A stretch of DNA of 64,000 nt, taken from contig CP128817.1 of assembly GCA_051546255.1 (NCBI GenBank), positions 496,001 to 560,000 of the forward strand, given 5' to 3'. The position numbers and the translations under genes are program-made. Below the pieces are notes generated by a model. It was not told where the DNA came from. It saw only the letters and a program-made list of their open reading frames with translations, and searched no databases. Shown here in pieces: positions 63,950 to 64,000 of the stretch; the stretch's first letter is position 1; every line of letters starts with the position of its first letter. This DNA is from Meyerozyma guilliermondii. Its lineage: Eukaryota.

Positions 63950-64000
63950 ATGTTACCTTGGTTCCGTACGGCCGTAGGTGCGCCTTCTTACAGGCCTGTA
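63950..64000 (+). CDS. Possible 5' end of the next gene, truncated by the window
   Basis: ATG with an open frame to the window end (MLPWFRTAVGAPSYRPV), divergent from ATP5. Confidence 0.3.
   Translation, partial: MLPWFRTAVGAPSYRPV

Overview
Gene-dense eukaryotic DNA from a CUG-Ser (CTG-clade) budding yeast. CTG falls at conserved Ser positions, so the supplied ORF translations misread it as Leu. Composition and proteins suggest Meyerozyma (inference). About 38 housekeeping genes are recognisable, including RLM1, RPS6, MDH1, PHO89, NUP2, ACH1, RPN8, COX10, GLK1, SHM2, HAC1 and ATP5, with three spliceosomal introns (RPS6, the RPS25 5'UTR, an SR-like gene). No tRNA, rRNA, CRISPR array or intact mobile element was seen. 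Most notable: (1) the HAC1 locus, with both Ire1 cleavage hairpins, a 280-nt unconventional intron, a hidden acidic exon 2 and the 3' bipartite element; the intron holds a 25-bp AGGG-capped hairpin resembling an Rnt1/RNase III site; (2) a 2.6-kb AT-rich gap with no credible intact gene between convergent COX10 and GLK1, showing a strand-skew switch and a decayed adhesin repeat, which is a candidate regional centromere; (3) a ~620-nt strongly base-paired, unannotated plus-strand RNA candidate with an H/ACA-like 3' end between HAC1 and the SR-like gene. All coordinates and pairings were read by eye.
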